This document shows positions 7,330 to 17,571 of a DNA stretch of 64,000 bases, piece by piece. The translations under genes and the position numbers were made by a program. The notes under the pieces are model-generated. The model did not search any database. It had not been told where the DNA came from and worked only from the letters and a program-made list of their open reading frames with translations. Position 1 is the first letter of the stretch, and each line of letters opens with the position of its first letter. Location of the stretch: the NCBI GenBank assembly GCA_020632555.1, contig JACKFI010000002.1, forward strand, positions 130,621-194,620, given 5' to 3'. This stretch comes from Candidatus Omnitrophota bacterium (GTDB taxonomy: Bacteria > Omnitrophota > Gorgyraeia > Zapsychrales > JANLHA01).

Positions 7330-9726
7330 TCACCCTAAGCGTGTTTGAATATCCTCCGCCGAAATCGCCTTTGAAAAAAAGAACCCTTGTCCGGCATCAC
7401 AGCCATAACGTGTCAAAAAGTCCAGCTGAGCTTGTGTTTCAATACCCTCACCGGTCACCGAATACCCCAAACTGTGCGCCATCACAATAATCGCTTTGAC
7501 AATCGCCGCTTTATCAGGATTCTCAATAATGTCGTGAATAAAACTGCGGTCAATTTTCAATTCATCAATCGGAAAAAGCTTCAAACTGTTCAAAGAAGAA
7601 TACCCAATGCCAAAATCATCAATCGAAATCTTGATGCCCATCGAACGAAATTCATTGAGAACCGCGATGCTCAAAGAAACATCCTTCATCGCGATCGATT
7701 CAGTGATTTCAACCGCCAGCATATTGCCGTCGCCTTGACTTTCCTTCAGAAAGTTTTTAATCGTCCCCACAAAATTCTTTTGCTCAAACTGCTTGGCTGA
7801 AAAATTAACCGCCACGGGAACAACCGCTCGCCCCTGATCACGCCAGAGCTTGACCTGCTGACAAACCGTGCCCACCACCCAATTGCCAATGGTTGAAATC
7901 AACCCCGCTTCTTCCGCCAAGGGAATAAATTCAGCGGGAGTCACAAGTCCACGACGAGGATGATGCCAGCGCATCAGGGCTTCCAAACGAACAATTTTTT
8001 TGGTTGCCAAAGAAACAATGGGTTGATAATAAATAACAAATTCTTGCTTTTCCAAAGCATTGCGCAATTCCGCCTCCATTTGCAAAGAAGCCATCGCGTT
8101 TTTATGCATGGTCGTGTCAAAGACTTGATACCGCGCTTTTCCCAAAGCTTTGGCGCGATACATCGCAGTGTCCGTATCCCGCAAATAATCCGCCGGCTGA
8201 TTGGCTGTTGGATTGCTCAAAACAATCCCGATGCTGGCGGAAATATAAATTTCTTGGCCGGCAATCAAAAACACCGGCTTTAATGCGTTTAATATTCTCT
8301 CTGCCAACTCGGTCGCGTCACTGACATCGGTAATTTCATCCATCAAAATAATAAATTCATCGCCACCCAAACGGGCAACGGTATCCATCGTGCGCAAGCA
8401 CATTTGCAAGCGATGACTGATCGCCACCAAAAGCTCATCGCCTTTGGCATGCCCGAGGCTGTCATTGACATTTTTAAAACGATCCAAATCAACAAAAAGC
8501 ACCGCGAATCGATGCTCATGATGACGACGATTGCGTTCAATCAAACGTTCCAAACGGTCTAATAATAACGAACGATTAGGCAAAGCGGTTAGAACATCAT
8601 GAAACGCTTCATACTGCAGCCGTTCCTCAGACTGGCGCAGACTGTCCATCATTTCATTAAAACTGCGGCTCAATTGACCGATTTCATCGTCAGAAAAAAT
8701 CTCTGCCTTGGTCGTCAAATCTCCTGCTGAAACCCGTCGGGTGGTATTGACCAAACGTTTGATCGGGCGAGTGATATTGTGCGCCACAAAAAACGCGCTG
8801 ATCATGACACTACCCAAAATCAACAAAGAAATCCAAATCGAATGCATCAGCGTCATTTGCAATTCTTTGACAAAAAGCACCTGCGGAATACGCATGGTCA
8901 AATGAAACAATACCGCGCCGCCCTTGCCGACATTCATCCCATGTTCAAACGAATACCACTGCGCTGCGTCATCTTTCGAATCATCAGCTGCCGTTACCGT
9001 AAGCGACTCTTCACTGTTTCCCGAATACAATAAGGTCTTGCGATCAACACTATAAACAGAAGAAATCGACGTCCCGCGGAATCGGATTGTTGAAAGATAC
9101 CGAAAATACGGGGTCAAATCACAATGAAAAATCACCGCTCCGCCAAAACCGCCGGCGTCTGGATCGCGCTTGGACACACCAATCAAGAATGTTGTCTTAT
9201 TCTTATCTTGAAACGGACCTTCAAAAAGCATCAACCCCGAGGGCATATGTTCCAGCCGTTTAAACAAAGAATACAAACGGTCATAAAACTCACTGGGAGG
9301 ATGACTGAGCATCGAAGTATACTGATGAATGCGCCGATTCCCTTCAACAACAATTTCTTCCTTGCCTTGGCTGTTGATAAAACGCGCGGACAAATATTTG
9401 GTGCCGGCACTTTTTGTAAAATGCAAAAACAATTTTTCCGCATTAGGCTGGGTCAGATAAACTTCATTATTTTCCGACATCAAAAAATTATTTAACAGCG
9501 GTGTCGTCGTGATCAACTCCAAATCATTGCTGATTGTCTGGCTATAAAATTCTTCAAAATACCCTATCGCCTTGCCAAACGAATGCGCCACCTGGCCTTT
9601 GACATCCTTTTCAACCCATGTGCGGGATAATTCATAATGACTAATGGCCGAACAAAAAACCGCCACGATCCCGACGCCCAAAAATGCAATCAAAAGCTTT
9701 TTAAAAACAGTCAGTTGTATTTTCAT
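7330..9726 (-). CDS. membrane sensor diguanylate cyclase/phosphodiesterase (periplasmic sensor-HAMP-GGDEF-EAL)
   Basis: 798 aa with two TM segments flanking a ~270-aa periplasmic region. HAMP is 'ITRPIKRLVNTTRRVSAGDL'. GGDEF motif is 'RLGGDEFIIL'. EAL motifs are 'RLEALMRW' and 'DDFGIGYSSL'. Confidence 0.9.
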   Translation of the reverse strand: MKIQLTVFKKLLIAFLGVGIVAVFCSAISHYELSRTWVEKDVKGQVAHSFGKAIGYFEEFYSQTISNDLELITTTPLLNNFLMSENNEVYLTQPNAEKLFLHFTKSAGTKYLSARFINSQGKEEIVVEGNRRIHQYTSMLSHPPSEFYDRLYSLFKRLEHMPSGLMLFEGPFQDKNKTTFLIGVSKRDPDAGGFGGAVIFHCDLTPYFRYLSTIRFRGTSISSVYSVDRKTLLYSGNSEESLTVTAADDSKDDAAQWYSFEHGMNVGKGGAVLFHLTMRIPQVLFVKELQMTLMHSIWISLLILGSVMISAFFVAHNITRPIKRLVNTTRRVSAGDLTTKAEIFSDDEIGQLSRSFNEMMDSLRQSEERLQYEAFHDVLTALPNRSLLLDRLERLIERNRRHHEHRFAVLFVDLDRFKNVNDSLGHAKGDELLVAISHRLQMCLRTMDTVARLGGDEFIILMDEITDVSDATELAERILNALKPVFLIAGQEIYISASIGIVLSNPTANQPADYLRDTDTAMYRAKALGKARYQVFDTTMHKNAMASLQMEAELRNALEKQEFVIYYQPIVSLATKKIVRLEALMRWHHPRRGLVTPAEFIPLAEEAGLISTIGNWVVGTVCQQVKLWRDQGRAVVPVAVNFSAKQFEQKNFVGTIKNFLKESQGDGNMLAVEITESIAMKDVSLSIAVLNEFRSMGIKISIDDFGIGYSSLNSLKLFPIDELKIDRSFIHDIIENPDKAAIVKAIIVMAHSLGYSVTGEGIETQAQLDFLTRYGCDAGQGFFFSKAISAEDIQTRLG

Positions 9727-9727
9727 T

Positions 9728-10861
9728 TTATTTTTTAGATTCCCCGGCTTGCAACGCTAAAGAATAATCCACAAACTCTTCAATAAAATTAACTTGGTCC
9801 AGCGCAATGCCCAACTGCGCCGCCCGAACCCGATTGACGATAATCGCTCCGCGAGAGGTCATGGTCACCGGCATTTGCCCCGGCGGCTTATTGCGCCTGA
9901 GGATTTCATTGGCATAACGCATCGCTTCATAGCCTTGCTTATATCCCGAATCATCCACAACCAAGAGAATACCCTCAAGCACAAATTGTTTCACATCCGA
10001 ACAATCTGGCTTTTGAATATGTTGCAAATACCACGACCCCGCCTCCATTTGTTCAATTAGGCGGCCTTTTCTATCTTTCAAAGTATTGTGATTAAAAACA
10101 ACAAAAGCGTCATTATGCTGGGCAAAACGCAAAGCCTTCTGTTGCCACTCTTCATAAGAATTCGTCATCACGGTATCATTGATATCGACCGGCAGTTTGC
10201 CTTGCGCTGCCAAAATCATCAAACCCTTGACTTTCGCCCGGCTCGTCGGTGAATCATCCGAAAGCACCGCAACCGTTTTAATCGTTGGCACCAACCCCAA
10301 CAAATACTCAAGGCTTTCTTTGATAAACCCCGCCTGATAAACACCGGTGATATTGTGTCCCGGACGCTCAACCGAATCAATCAAGCCATATTTCAAAGGC
10401 AAACCGTTGATGCCCCAAAAAACAACCGGCACCTCACTATCCACAAAGTAATTGCCGATATAATTCACCGCGCTATCATCCCCTAAAACAATGAGATCCG
10501 GACGAAAAATCTTGATATCATTGACAATACGCGCAATGGTATCAGCAATTTGGATTTTAGAATGCTTGCGTTTGGAATCCATCCAGGATTTTTTGATAAC
10601 CGCGCTGGAACTTTCGATATAAAATCTTGTGTTTAATTCTTCGACCTGTTTTTGATTATCCAAAAATTTAAAGTCCAGCAACGCCTGTCCAACGCCTTTG
10701 GCCGTGTCCTGCGACCACAGATAATCGGCACTGTAACTGCTGACAATATACAAACGAAGACGCGAACCCGCGGCGTGCCCGACCGATGCCAAGAGAACAA
10801 ACATCACGTTCACACCGGCAAACAGCAAAATACTTTTTATAATAAATTTCCGCACACTCAT
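9728..10861 (-). CDS. periplasmic substrate-binding protein (ABC_sub_bind/PF04392-like), probable partner of the adjacent GGDEF-EAL sensor
   Basis: Start trimmed to the ATG at 10861 (MSVRKFIIKSILLFAGVNVMFVLLASVGHA signal peptide). The longer ORF would overlap the RNase gene. The stop lies 1 nt before the sensor gene's start. Confidence 0.65.
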   Translation of the reverse strand: MSVRKFIIKSILLFAGVNVMFVLLASVGHAAGSRLRLYIVSSYSADYLWSQDTAKGVGQALLDFKFLDNQKQVEELNTRFYIESSSAVIKKSWMDSKRKHSKIQIADTIARIVNDIKIFRPDLIVLGDDSAVNYIGNYFVDSEVPVVFWGINGLPLKYGLIDSVERPGHNITGVYQAGFIKESLEYLLGLVPTIKTVAVLSDDSPTSRAKVKGLMILAAQGKLPVDINDTVMTNSYEEWQQKALRFAQHNDAFVVFNHNTLKDRKGRLIEQMEAGSWYLQHIQKPDCSDVKQFVLEGILLVVDDSGYKQGYEAMRYANEILRRNKPPGQMPVTMTSRGAIIVNRVRAAQLGIALDQVNFIEEFVDYSLALQAGESKK

Positions 10862-10862
10862 A

Positions 10863-12392
10863 TTAAGATCGGTCAGAACGATTATTTTTTTTATTATGCC
10901 GCGGATAACGATAATCGCGAGCCATTTGCCCAATGCCTTCAAAATCAATAAACCCTTGTTGAATATCCATGGCCGCCAAACGCACCCGCACCTTGGAGCC
11001 AACCTGCAAGCCTGCCTCCCCGCGAATCACCCGACCCTCGACGGGCGGATGGAATAAACGAACATACGTTCCTTTAAAAGACGCGCCAGTCACAATACCT
11101 TCAAAAACTTCACCAATGCGCCCATTCAGCAGAACCGCGGCCGCGACTTTGCGCATATACCGCTCAACTTTTTTCGCGGCTTTGTCCCGTTGCGTGCAAT
11201 TAAACGCGATGCTTTCTAATTCTCCATTGCCATAAGGTGACGACTCTTTGGCTAAAATGGCTTTTAATAAACGCTGAATAATAATATCCACGTACCGGCG
11301 ATTGGGTGCTGTCGAATGGGTGTAATCCTGCACCGCCAAACCAAAATGCCCATAAGCAATCCCCCCGGGCTGGGCCATGACATACTCCCCGGAACCCAAT
11401 AATTTGATAATGGTCAAACACAGATCAGGAAAACGGTCTTGATCTGCTTTTCTTTGCCGAACCAAAAACTCCGCCAAAGCTGGCGCATCAGGCTCTAGCG
11501 GCAAATCATCACCCAGAGAAGCGGCAATCTCACGAATCTGCGGCCAACGCTCTGGTCGACGGACAATACGATGAATATGCGACCGTCCATTCTTGGTCAA
11601 AAACGCCACCATGCTGCCGTTGGCGGCAATCATAAAGTTTTCAATCACATAACGCGCGCGATTTTTGTGCACCAAAACCAAATCCTTGATAGCACCATCT
11701 TGCATCACTGTCCGCGGCTCAATGGTTTCCAACTCTAAAGCCCCCCGTTCCATTCGAAAATCATGCAAACGGCAAGCGGCTTCATCCTGCAAACGCAATT
11801 GCGCTTCTAACCCCTCTATCTGCTTAACTTCCGACGGCATATCCCGATCACCGGAGAGCCATTCGCCGATTTCTTCATAAACCAATTTGGCTTGATTATG
11901 AACAATCGCGCGGAAAATTTCTCCCGGACGAATGTCCCCATCGCGCAAAACAAAAAATTCCGTTACAACCGCCAACCGATCCTCATGAGGATTTAATGAA
12001 GAAATATCCGTGCACAAACGCTCCGGCAACATTGGAAACGTCTCTACCCCCGTGTACACCGACGCGCCATTATGAGCGGCATGTTGATCCGTCAAACAGC
12101 CTTTGTGGACATAATGATCCACATCGGCAATCGCCACCCAAACCCGTATCTCCCGATTGGGCGCACGCTGACAAAACTCAATTTGATCAAGATCGCGAGA
12201 ATCGACATTATCAATCGACGACCACAGCACATCCCGCAAATCCCGAATAGATGTATCAGAAAGGTTGACTTCATATTTGTTAAAGAATTGAGCTTCGTGT
12301 AAAACGGCAGGTGAAAAAGAGGCGGTAAAGCCATAATTGGCCATCGCTTGACGAGCAATAGCGTTCAAGTCATAAGGAAGATCAGAGGGCAT
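10863..12392 (-). CDS. RNase II/R-family 3'-5' exoribonuclease (RNB domain plus C-terminal S1)
   Basis: RNB-type core ('HFGLAVQDYTHSTAPNRRYVDIIIQR') and a C-terminal S1-like region ('GIVTGASFKGTYVRLFHPPVEGRV'). The track start at 12434 is TTG; the ATG at 12392 is preferred. Confidence 0.8.
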   Translation of the reverse strand: MPSDLPYDLNAIARQAMANYGFTASFSPAVLHEAQFFNKYEVNLSDTSIRDLRDVLWSSIDNVDSRDLDQIEFCQRAPNREIRVWVAIADVDHYVHKGCLTDQHAAHNGASVYTGVETFPMLPERLCTDISSLNPHEDRLAVVTEFFVLRDGDIRPGEIFRAIVHNQAKLVYEEIGEWLSGDRDMPSEVKQIEGLEAQLRLQDEAACRLHDFRMERGALELETIEPRTVMQDGAIKDLVLVHKNRARYVIENFMIAANGSMVAFLTKNGRSHIHRIVRRPERWPQIREIAASLGDDLPLEPDAPALAEFLVRQRKADQDRFPDLCLTIIKLLGSGEYVMAQPGGIAYGHFGLAVQDYTHSTAPNRRYVDIIIQRLLKAILAKESSPYGNGELESIAFNCTQRDKAAKKVERYMRKVAAAVLLNGRIGEVFEGIVTGASFKGTYVRLFHPPVEGRVIRGEAGLQVGSKVRVRLAAMDIQQGFIDFEGIGQMARDYRYPRHNKKNNRSDRS

Positions 12393-12447
12393 CTTTATTC
12401 TTTCGTTTAAACTTCGTTTAACAGAATAAACCAAATCAACGAAACCA

Positions 12448-13461
12448 TCAAGCTAACAAACCAGCTTTTCGATTTTTCTCCCACGCCCACGCTGAAGCAA
12501 TCATCTTTTCCAAACTGCGCTGAGGTTTCCAGCCCAAAATTTCCTTGGCTTTGCAAAAATCGGCAATCAATTTGGGGTTGTCTCCCGCTCGCGGTGGACA
12601 AATCTGGACTTTAAAATCTTGCCCAGTAACTTTCTTAACCGCATCAATCACTTGTTTAACTGAAAACCCTTTTTGATTTCCCAAATTAAAAGTTTGATTG
12701 CGCGCGCTTTTTGTCAAATTCTTTAAAGCCAAAAAATGAGCATCACACACATCATCGACATGAATAAAATCGCGAATACACGTCCCATCAACCGTCGGAT
12801 AATCATCACCAAAAACCTGCACAGATTTCTTCTCGCCTAATGCGGCTTTCAAAATCAATGGAATCAAATGAGTTTCCGGATCATGATTCTCACCGATGCC
12901 GCCCTGATCATAAGCACCGGCAACATTAAAATAGCGAAATACAACAAATGAAAAGTCTTTATGTGCTGCCGCCACATCACGCAAAATTTGTTCACACATC
13001 AGCTTGCTGTGTCCATAAGCAGTATTGGGGCCCAAAAGAGCATCTTCGGCAATCGGAAGTTTCTTAGGCGCAGCATAAACCGCGGCCGACGAAGAGAAAA
13101 TCATTTGCTGAACATCAGCCTCTCGCATTGCCTGAATCAGATTGATGAAAGATAGCACATTGTTTTCATAATATCGGCCCGGATCACTGACCGATTCAGA
13201 AACAACAATCGCGCTAGCAAAATGCAAAATACAGTCAATTTTAAATTTCTTTAAAACCTTACGAATATCCGCGAGCTGACGAAGATCCCCTTTAACAAAA
13301 GGGACACCCTTAGGAATGAACCGTCGAAAACCACTGCTCAAATTATCAAAAACAATCGGTGTGATCCCACAAGTTAACAAATTGCGCAGCATATGCGAGC
13401 CAACATAACCCGCACCGCCAATGAGCAAAACACGAGAGCCTAAAGAATTAGTTTCAGACAT
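12448..13461 (-). CDS. galE: UDP-glucose 4-epimerase
   Basis: 337 aa. It carries the 'GGAGYVGSH' Rossmann motif, 'FDNLSSG', 'YGHSK' (YxxxK) and 'RYFNVAG'. Confidence 0.85.
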   Translation of the reverse strand: MSETNSLGSRVLLIGGAGYVGSHMLRNLLTCGITPIVFDNLSSGFRRFIPKGVPFVKGDLRQLADIRKVLKKFKIDCILHFASAIVVSESVSDPGRYYENNVLSFINLIQAMREADVQQMIFSSSAAVYAAPKKLPIAEDALLGPNTAYGHSKLMCEQILRDVAAAHKDFSFVVFRYFNVAGAYDQGGIGENHDPETHLIPLILKAALGEKKSVQVFGDDYPTVDGTCIRDFIHVDDVCDAHFLALKNLTKSARNQTFNLGNQKGFSVKQVIDAVKKVTGQDFKVQICPPRAGDNPKLIADFCKAKEILGWKPQRSLEKMIASAWAWEKNRKAGLLA

Positions 13462-13516
13462 AAGATGACTTTAAAAGGCAGGAACTTCACAAGCACTTAA
13501 TGCGTCGCAAAAGCCA

Positions 13517-13753
13517 TTAAGGCTGACTTTGTAAATTTTCTTTTAATTCCGCAAGCAGACGTTCCCGGCGAGCAGGACTGGCAACAACAAAATTAAATTT
13601 CTCACGCACTGTTCGCGCCGGTTCCGCACTCAACTTGCTAAAAAAAAGTGCAGATGTTAAATGACGATTTAACAGCGGGATTTGATAATCACCTTCGGCA
13701 ATATGTTCTTCAATATTTTTGGTCAAACGCCCCTTTTGAATCATGTTTCGCAT
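13517..13753 (-). CDS. hypothetical small protein
   Basis: 78 aa with an ATG start preceded by GGAGAAGGA. No motif recognised. Confidence 0.4.
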   Translation of the reverse strand: MRNMIQKGRLTKNIEEHIAEGDYQIPLLNRHLTSALFFSKLSAEPARTVREKFNFVVASPARRERLLAELKENLQSQP

Positions 13754-13944
13754 GGTCCTTCTCCGAGATCAAACTATGTTATGGATATAATATTTAGTAA
13801 GAACGATAAATTTAGAATATTTGTTCATCATTGCGGCAACTTCCATACTGCTATTTATCTGGATATTAAATTAGCATAACTTATTTAAAATGTATAGATA
13901 ACAAAATAAATTTATATTCATAGATCCTGGTCCGTCAAACAACA

Positions 13945-15612
13945 TCAAAAGCGGCTGGCAACCAAACGCTGATATTCCCTATGAGCAATCAGATTTTGCG
14001 GGTCAATTTCTAAAGCTTTGGCCAAAGCGTCCAATGCGTGCACCCTCATTCGCAAGTCCAGATACACCATCGCTTGCGTGATATACACAGCAACCTTCTG
14101 CTGATTAAACAAATGCGGCAAAGCTTTATCATAATAAAAAATGGCTTTCTCTAAATGCTGTCTGCGCTGGGTCTTGGTCAAATTCTGATTTTCTATGCGA
14201 AAAAGATACGCGCTGGCCATATTCGAATAATCAATCCCGCGAACACCCCCATTAAAATAACGCTGCATAATGCCTTTGTCAGGAAACGTGAAAAGAAACA
14301 CAAGCAGCAATAAAGCAGACGCCAAACTCAGCGGGCGATACAATTTTCTCTGCAGCATTTGGCCAAGCCAAAACAAACTATAACCCGCGGCTAAGATATA
14401 AAAAGGAATAAATGCCAGACGATAACGACTTTGAATATGAAAAATAAAAACAAAAACAGTCAAAGCAAAGACGAAACTATAGAGGATACCAATAAAAGGA
14501 TATTTACGAAAAAACAAAAGCAATCCCAATAAAGCCAAGGGCGAAATCAAAGTGAAATTGAGAAAAGCAATTTTCAAAATCACCGATTGTTCTTTAAAAA
14601 GGTCATAACTCAAATTCGCCGGAATTTCGAAACCATTAAATAACATTTTAAATTTCCGGCTCCACAAACCGAGATACTCCAGAGGATGAAGAAAAACCTC
14701 ACGTCCCAACACTTTGAGTATTGGCCCAATGCGGCCTTGAGTTTCTGCCGTTAATTTCTTTTGTGTATCCGTATAAGTTAAACCAATGCCCGGAGAATCA
14801 AAACTATTTCCCAACCAGAATAGCGTCGGTCCAGATGTTTCGGTCAAAGCTTTAAAGCCTGAACAATAATTACGAATCGTCAATGGCGCAATCACAATGA
14901 CCATACCCGCCAATACCCAGAGCACTCTCTTCCATTTCTTTTTCCAATGCTCTTCCAAAACCACAAGATAGCCCAAAACAAAAACCGGTAAAATCCCAGC
15001 ACGCAAGATCAGCGATAAAGCCGTGGTCATGCCCGCAAAGAAGTAATTTCTACTTTTGCCTTTGCGCAAAGCCAATAAAAAAAAATACAAAGCCATAACA
15101 TTCACATAAGCAATCATCGATTCGCGCAATAAGGCGCATTCATAAAAAATAAACGGCGAATACACCGCGGCCATACCAGCCGTCATCAGAGCTAAATTCT
15201 TGTTTTGGAATAACAAAACCGCGCAACGGTACAATACATAAACAGCCAAAACTCCCAAAACAATCTGAAAAGCAAACACAACATTCATATCATTGCCAAA
15301 AATATTAAATAGCGAAGCAATCACATAAGAATACACCGGAGAATGACCCGGATGCTGTGAACCAACCCACTGATGACGCACAATATCCTGCGCCATGGTG
15401 ACATAATTGTATTGATCAAAAGCCGGGTCAAGGCTGACCATCGCCGGCATTGGATTAGCCTGCAATTCAATCAAAAAGGAAAATCGCAAAACAGCGGCGA
15501 GGATAAGGATAACTATCAAAACCGGTCGAGTATACGACCGATCTTGTGCATCAACCGAAATTGCCGGAAATACCACATTGCCCATATCAACCCTAACTCT
15601 TAACAACCTCAT
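13945..15612 (-). CDS. GT-C fold membrane glycosyltransferase (GT39/ArnT/PMT-like) with C-terminal TPR
   Basis: 555 aa with more than 10 TM segments. The C-terminus is TPR-like ('ALAKALEIDPQNLIAHREY'). An alternative start exists at 15585. Confidence 0.65.
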   Translation of the reverse strand: MRLLRVRVDMGNVVFPAISVDAQDRSYTRPVLIVILILAAVLRFSFLIELQANPMPAMVSLDPAFDQYNYVTMAQDIVRHQWVGSQHPGHSPVYSYVIASLFNIFGNDMNVVFAFQIVLGVLAVYVLYRCAVLLFQNKNLALMTAGMAAVYSPFIFYECALLRESMIAYVNVMALYFFLLALRKGKSRNYFFAGMTTALSLILRAGILPVFVLGYLVVLEEHWKKKWKRVLWVLAGMVIVIAPLTIRNYCSGFKALTETSGPTLFWLGNSFDSPGIGLTYTDTQKKLTAETQGRIGPILKVLGREVFLHPLEYLGLWSRKFKMLFNGFEIPANLSYDLFKEQSVILKIAFLNFTLISPLALLGLLLFFRKYPFIGILYSFVFALTVFVFIFHIQSRYRLAFIPFYILAAGYSLFWLGQMLQRKLYRPLSLASALLLLVFLFTFPDKGIMQRYFNGGVRGIDYSNMASAYLFRIENQNLTKTQRRQHLEKAIFYYDKALPHLFNQQKVAVYITQAMVYLDLRMRVHALDALAKALEIDPQNLIAHREYQRLVASRF

Positions 15613-16102
15613 CTAAGAAGTCCGCAAAAAGTTTTTCTATAGCAGGCATCGCACTGATTAACCGATGGTCACTCACAACCAGATCCAAACGAACTTTGTG
15701 CTCTTTGGCATAACGGACAATATCATCCGCCGCAATCAATTCATCGTCCCATCCGTGCACAATCATCGTCATGCCGGCCACCGGCTGCGGATTTTGCATA
15801 TCATACTCGGCACGAAAAAAAGCAGGCGCCAATAAAAAAAGCCCGGCTGGTTTTAAATCCTGAGAGGCCACGGTAGAAACATATCCCCCCATGCTTGAGC
15901 CTACCAACACCAAGCATTGCGCGGCAGCCGGTTTTAATTCTAATAATTTCTCAACCCGCGCTTCCGGATCCACCATCCCGGAATAATCCGGACTCTCGAC
16001 GTGAAAACCCTTAGACTTAGCAATCTGGGCTAACTGTGTAATTTTGGTTCCCCACGGTCCGCTTTCCTTGCCATGCGCGAAATACACAACTTTATCTTGC
16101 AT
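15593..16102 (-). CDS. small alpha/beta-fold hydrolase (esterase-like)
   Basis: ATG at 16102 with an AAGGAG Shine-Dalgarno; the track's TTG at 16156 is rejected. It carries a 'GSSMGG' nucleophile elbow and 'HGWDD'. Confidence 0.6.
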   Translation of the reverse strand: MQDKVVYFAHGKESGPWGTKITQLAQIAKSKGFHVESPDYSGMVDPEARVEKLLELKPAAAQCLVLVGSSMGGYVSTVASQDLKPAGLFLLAPAFFRAEYDMQNPQPVAGMTMIVHGWDDELIAADDIVRYAKEHKVRLDLVVSDHRLISAMPAIEKLFADFLDEVVKS

Positions 16103-17555
16103 CCTCAACTCCTTTTTTAAAATTAAAAACTTTTCTAAAAAACCCAACTTCAACAATCAAAGCAATCAGAACAATAAACAATGCCGCAATCGGCAACGAA
16201 AACCGAGGCACAGTAAAAAACAAAGCGTGCAGCAAGGTGTGACAAAGAATCATATACGACACAAACAAAATAGAAACAAAAATTTTGTCTTCTTGGTTTC
16301 GACTATCCCGCAGCAATTTACGCCGTCTCCAAAGAACAATCCCCGAACATAACCAAGCTGTTAAAGACGCAGCACCCGCAAGAAATCGCAAACCGCGAGC
16401 CAAAATCGGCTGATCATACACTTTGTCCAGCCAATCCGGATAAGCCACAAAACCAATGCGTGTGGATTCCCAAAAAAACAAATGCACCCAATCCACAGCC
16501 ATCAGCACCACGTATTGAAAGGGATTCTCTAAAATCTTAGCCAATGACAAACGCAATAATTCCTGATTTTGCTGCTGCCGAGGGAAGTTGGCGCTGACCT
16601 GATAATTCTTTTCTTCCGCAAGTTTATCCGAGGCAGCGACATCCCATGCGCGGCATTCTTGCGCGCTAAAGAAAATTCGGCAACCTTCGTCTTCGAAAAG
16701 ATTATATGCCGCCGCTGCCCCGAAACCACGCGGTGTTAAAGGTTGTTGACGTCGAGCAGCGCTGCCATACAAGGCCCACGCGGCACGATCCGTCATAACA
16801 TAAAGTCCATTGTATTTATAATTCAAATACTTGTAACCGCCAACACCCATTTGCACAACGACGATAGCGGTTAATAAAAAGGCTGCTGCCTTTCTAACAC
16901 CACTGACATCTTTCTGTTGCCACGCTCGCCACAGCAACACGCCAAATGGAATCAAACACAAAAAAGAAATCACTTCATACGCTGATTTGACCAAAATAGC
17001 CAAAAGAAAAAGAACAGCCCAAACAAACCCGCTCCAGAAAAAATTCTTGTCTTCGCGCCTTTGCAAAGAATAAAAAACCTCACTGCTCCACCATGCAATT
17101 CCCAAAATAAAAGCATGGGCCGCGATTTCAGAATAAACACTCAAGGCTGTATTGATCATCGCCGGAGAAAGGCCAATATACACCATGGCCAAACACGCAA
17201 GCCAACGGGAAACCCCGCAGCGTGATAAAAAAGCGAATACCAAAAACGTCGTCGTGCCTAATAAAAAAATCTGGAAGATTTTCAAAACCGCTAAAAATGA
17301 TTCCGGCGCGGTCAACCACATAGAGAATGCGACCAAAAAAGGATAAATCGGCTCTCGATTAGGGCCAGAAGTAAAATAGGTCAACCACCCCTGTTGAGTA
17401 ATCATCCTCGCCAAATCGTAATACCCTTGAGCATCGTTCACCAAAACCGGCTGTGTCACAAAAGCCAAATACACCCAATAGGCCATCAAACCAGCACAAA
17501 TAACAAAAAATAATGTTCTGCCATTAAAACCAGGAAAAAAACGAAATCCCAACAT
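16092..17555 (-). CDS. polytopic membrane protein, GT-C/PMT_2-like glycosyltransferase candidate
   Basis: 487 aa with many TM segments. The N-terminus resembles ArnT-like enzymes ('NDAQGYYDLARMI', 'GPNREPIYPFLVA'). Confidence 0.5.
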   Translation of the reverse strand: MLGFRFFPGFNGRTLFFVICAGLMAYWVYLAFVTQPVLVNDAQGYYDLARMITQQGWLTYFTSGPNREPIYPFLVAFSMWLTAPESFLAVLKIFQIFLLGTTTFLVFAFLSRCGVSRWLACLAMVYIGLSPAMINTALSVYSEIAAHAFILGIAWWSSEVFYSLQRREDKNFFWSGFVWAVLFLLAILVKSAYEVISFLCLIPFGVLLWRAWQQKDVSGVRKAAAFLLTAIVVVQMGVGGYKYLNYKYNGLYVMTDRAAWALYGSAARRQQPLTPRGFGAAAAYNLFEDEGCRIFFSAQECRAWDVAASDKLAEEKNYQVSANFPRQQQNQELLRLSLAKILENPFQYVVLMAVDWVHLFFWESTRIGFVAYPDWLDKVYDQPILARGLRFLAGAASLTAWLCSGIVLWRRRKLLRDSRNQEDKIFVSILFVSYMILCHTLLHALFFTVPRFSLPIAALFIVLIALIVEVGFFRKVFNFKKGVEDAR

Positions 17556-17571
17556 AACCCATCCTCACGCC

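Noticed and set aside
10862-11002. N-terminal extensions in the ORF track. Examples are 9728..11002, 15593..16156, 25090..26220, 26338..27048, 28481..29431, 36265..37425, 46802..48136 and 53675..55066.
   Set aside because: The track starts are TTG or GTG codons chosen by the longest-ORF rule. They overlap upstream genes. Most trimmed starts are internal ATGs with Shine-Dalgarno sequences just after the upstream stop, and these are better supported. The ATG at 54979 for 53675..55066 has no obvious Shine-Dalgarno, so that start remains uncertain.
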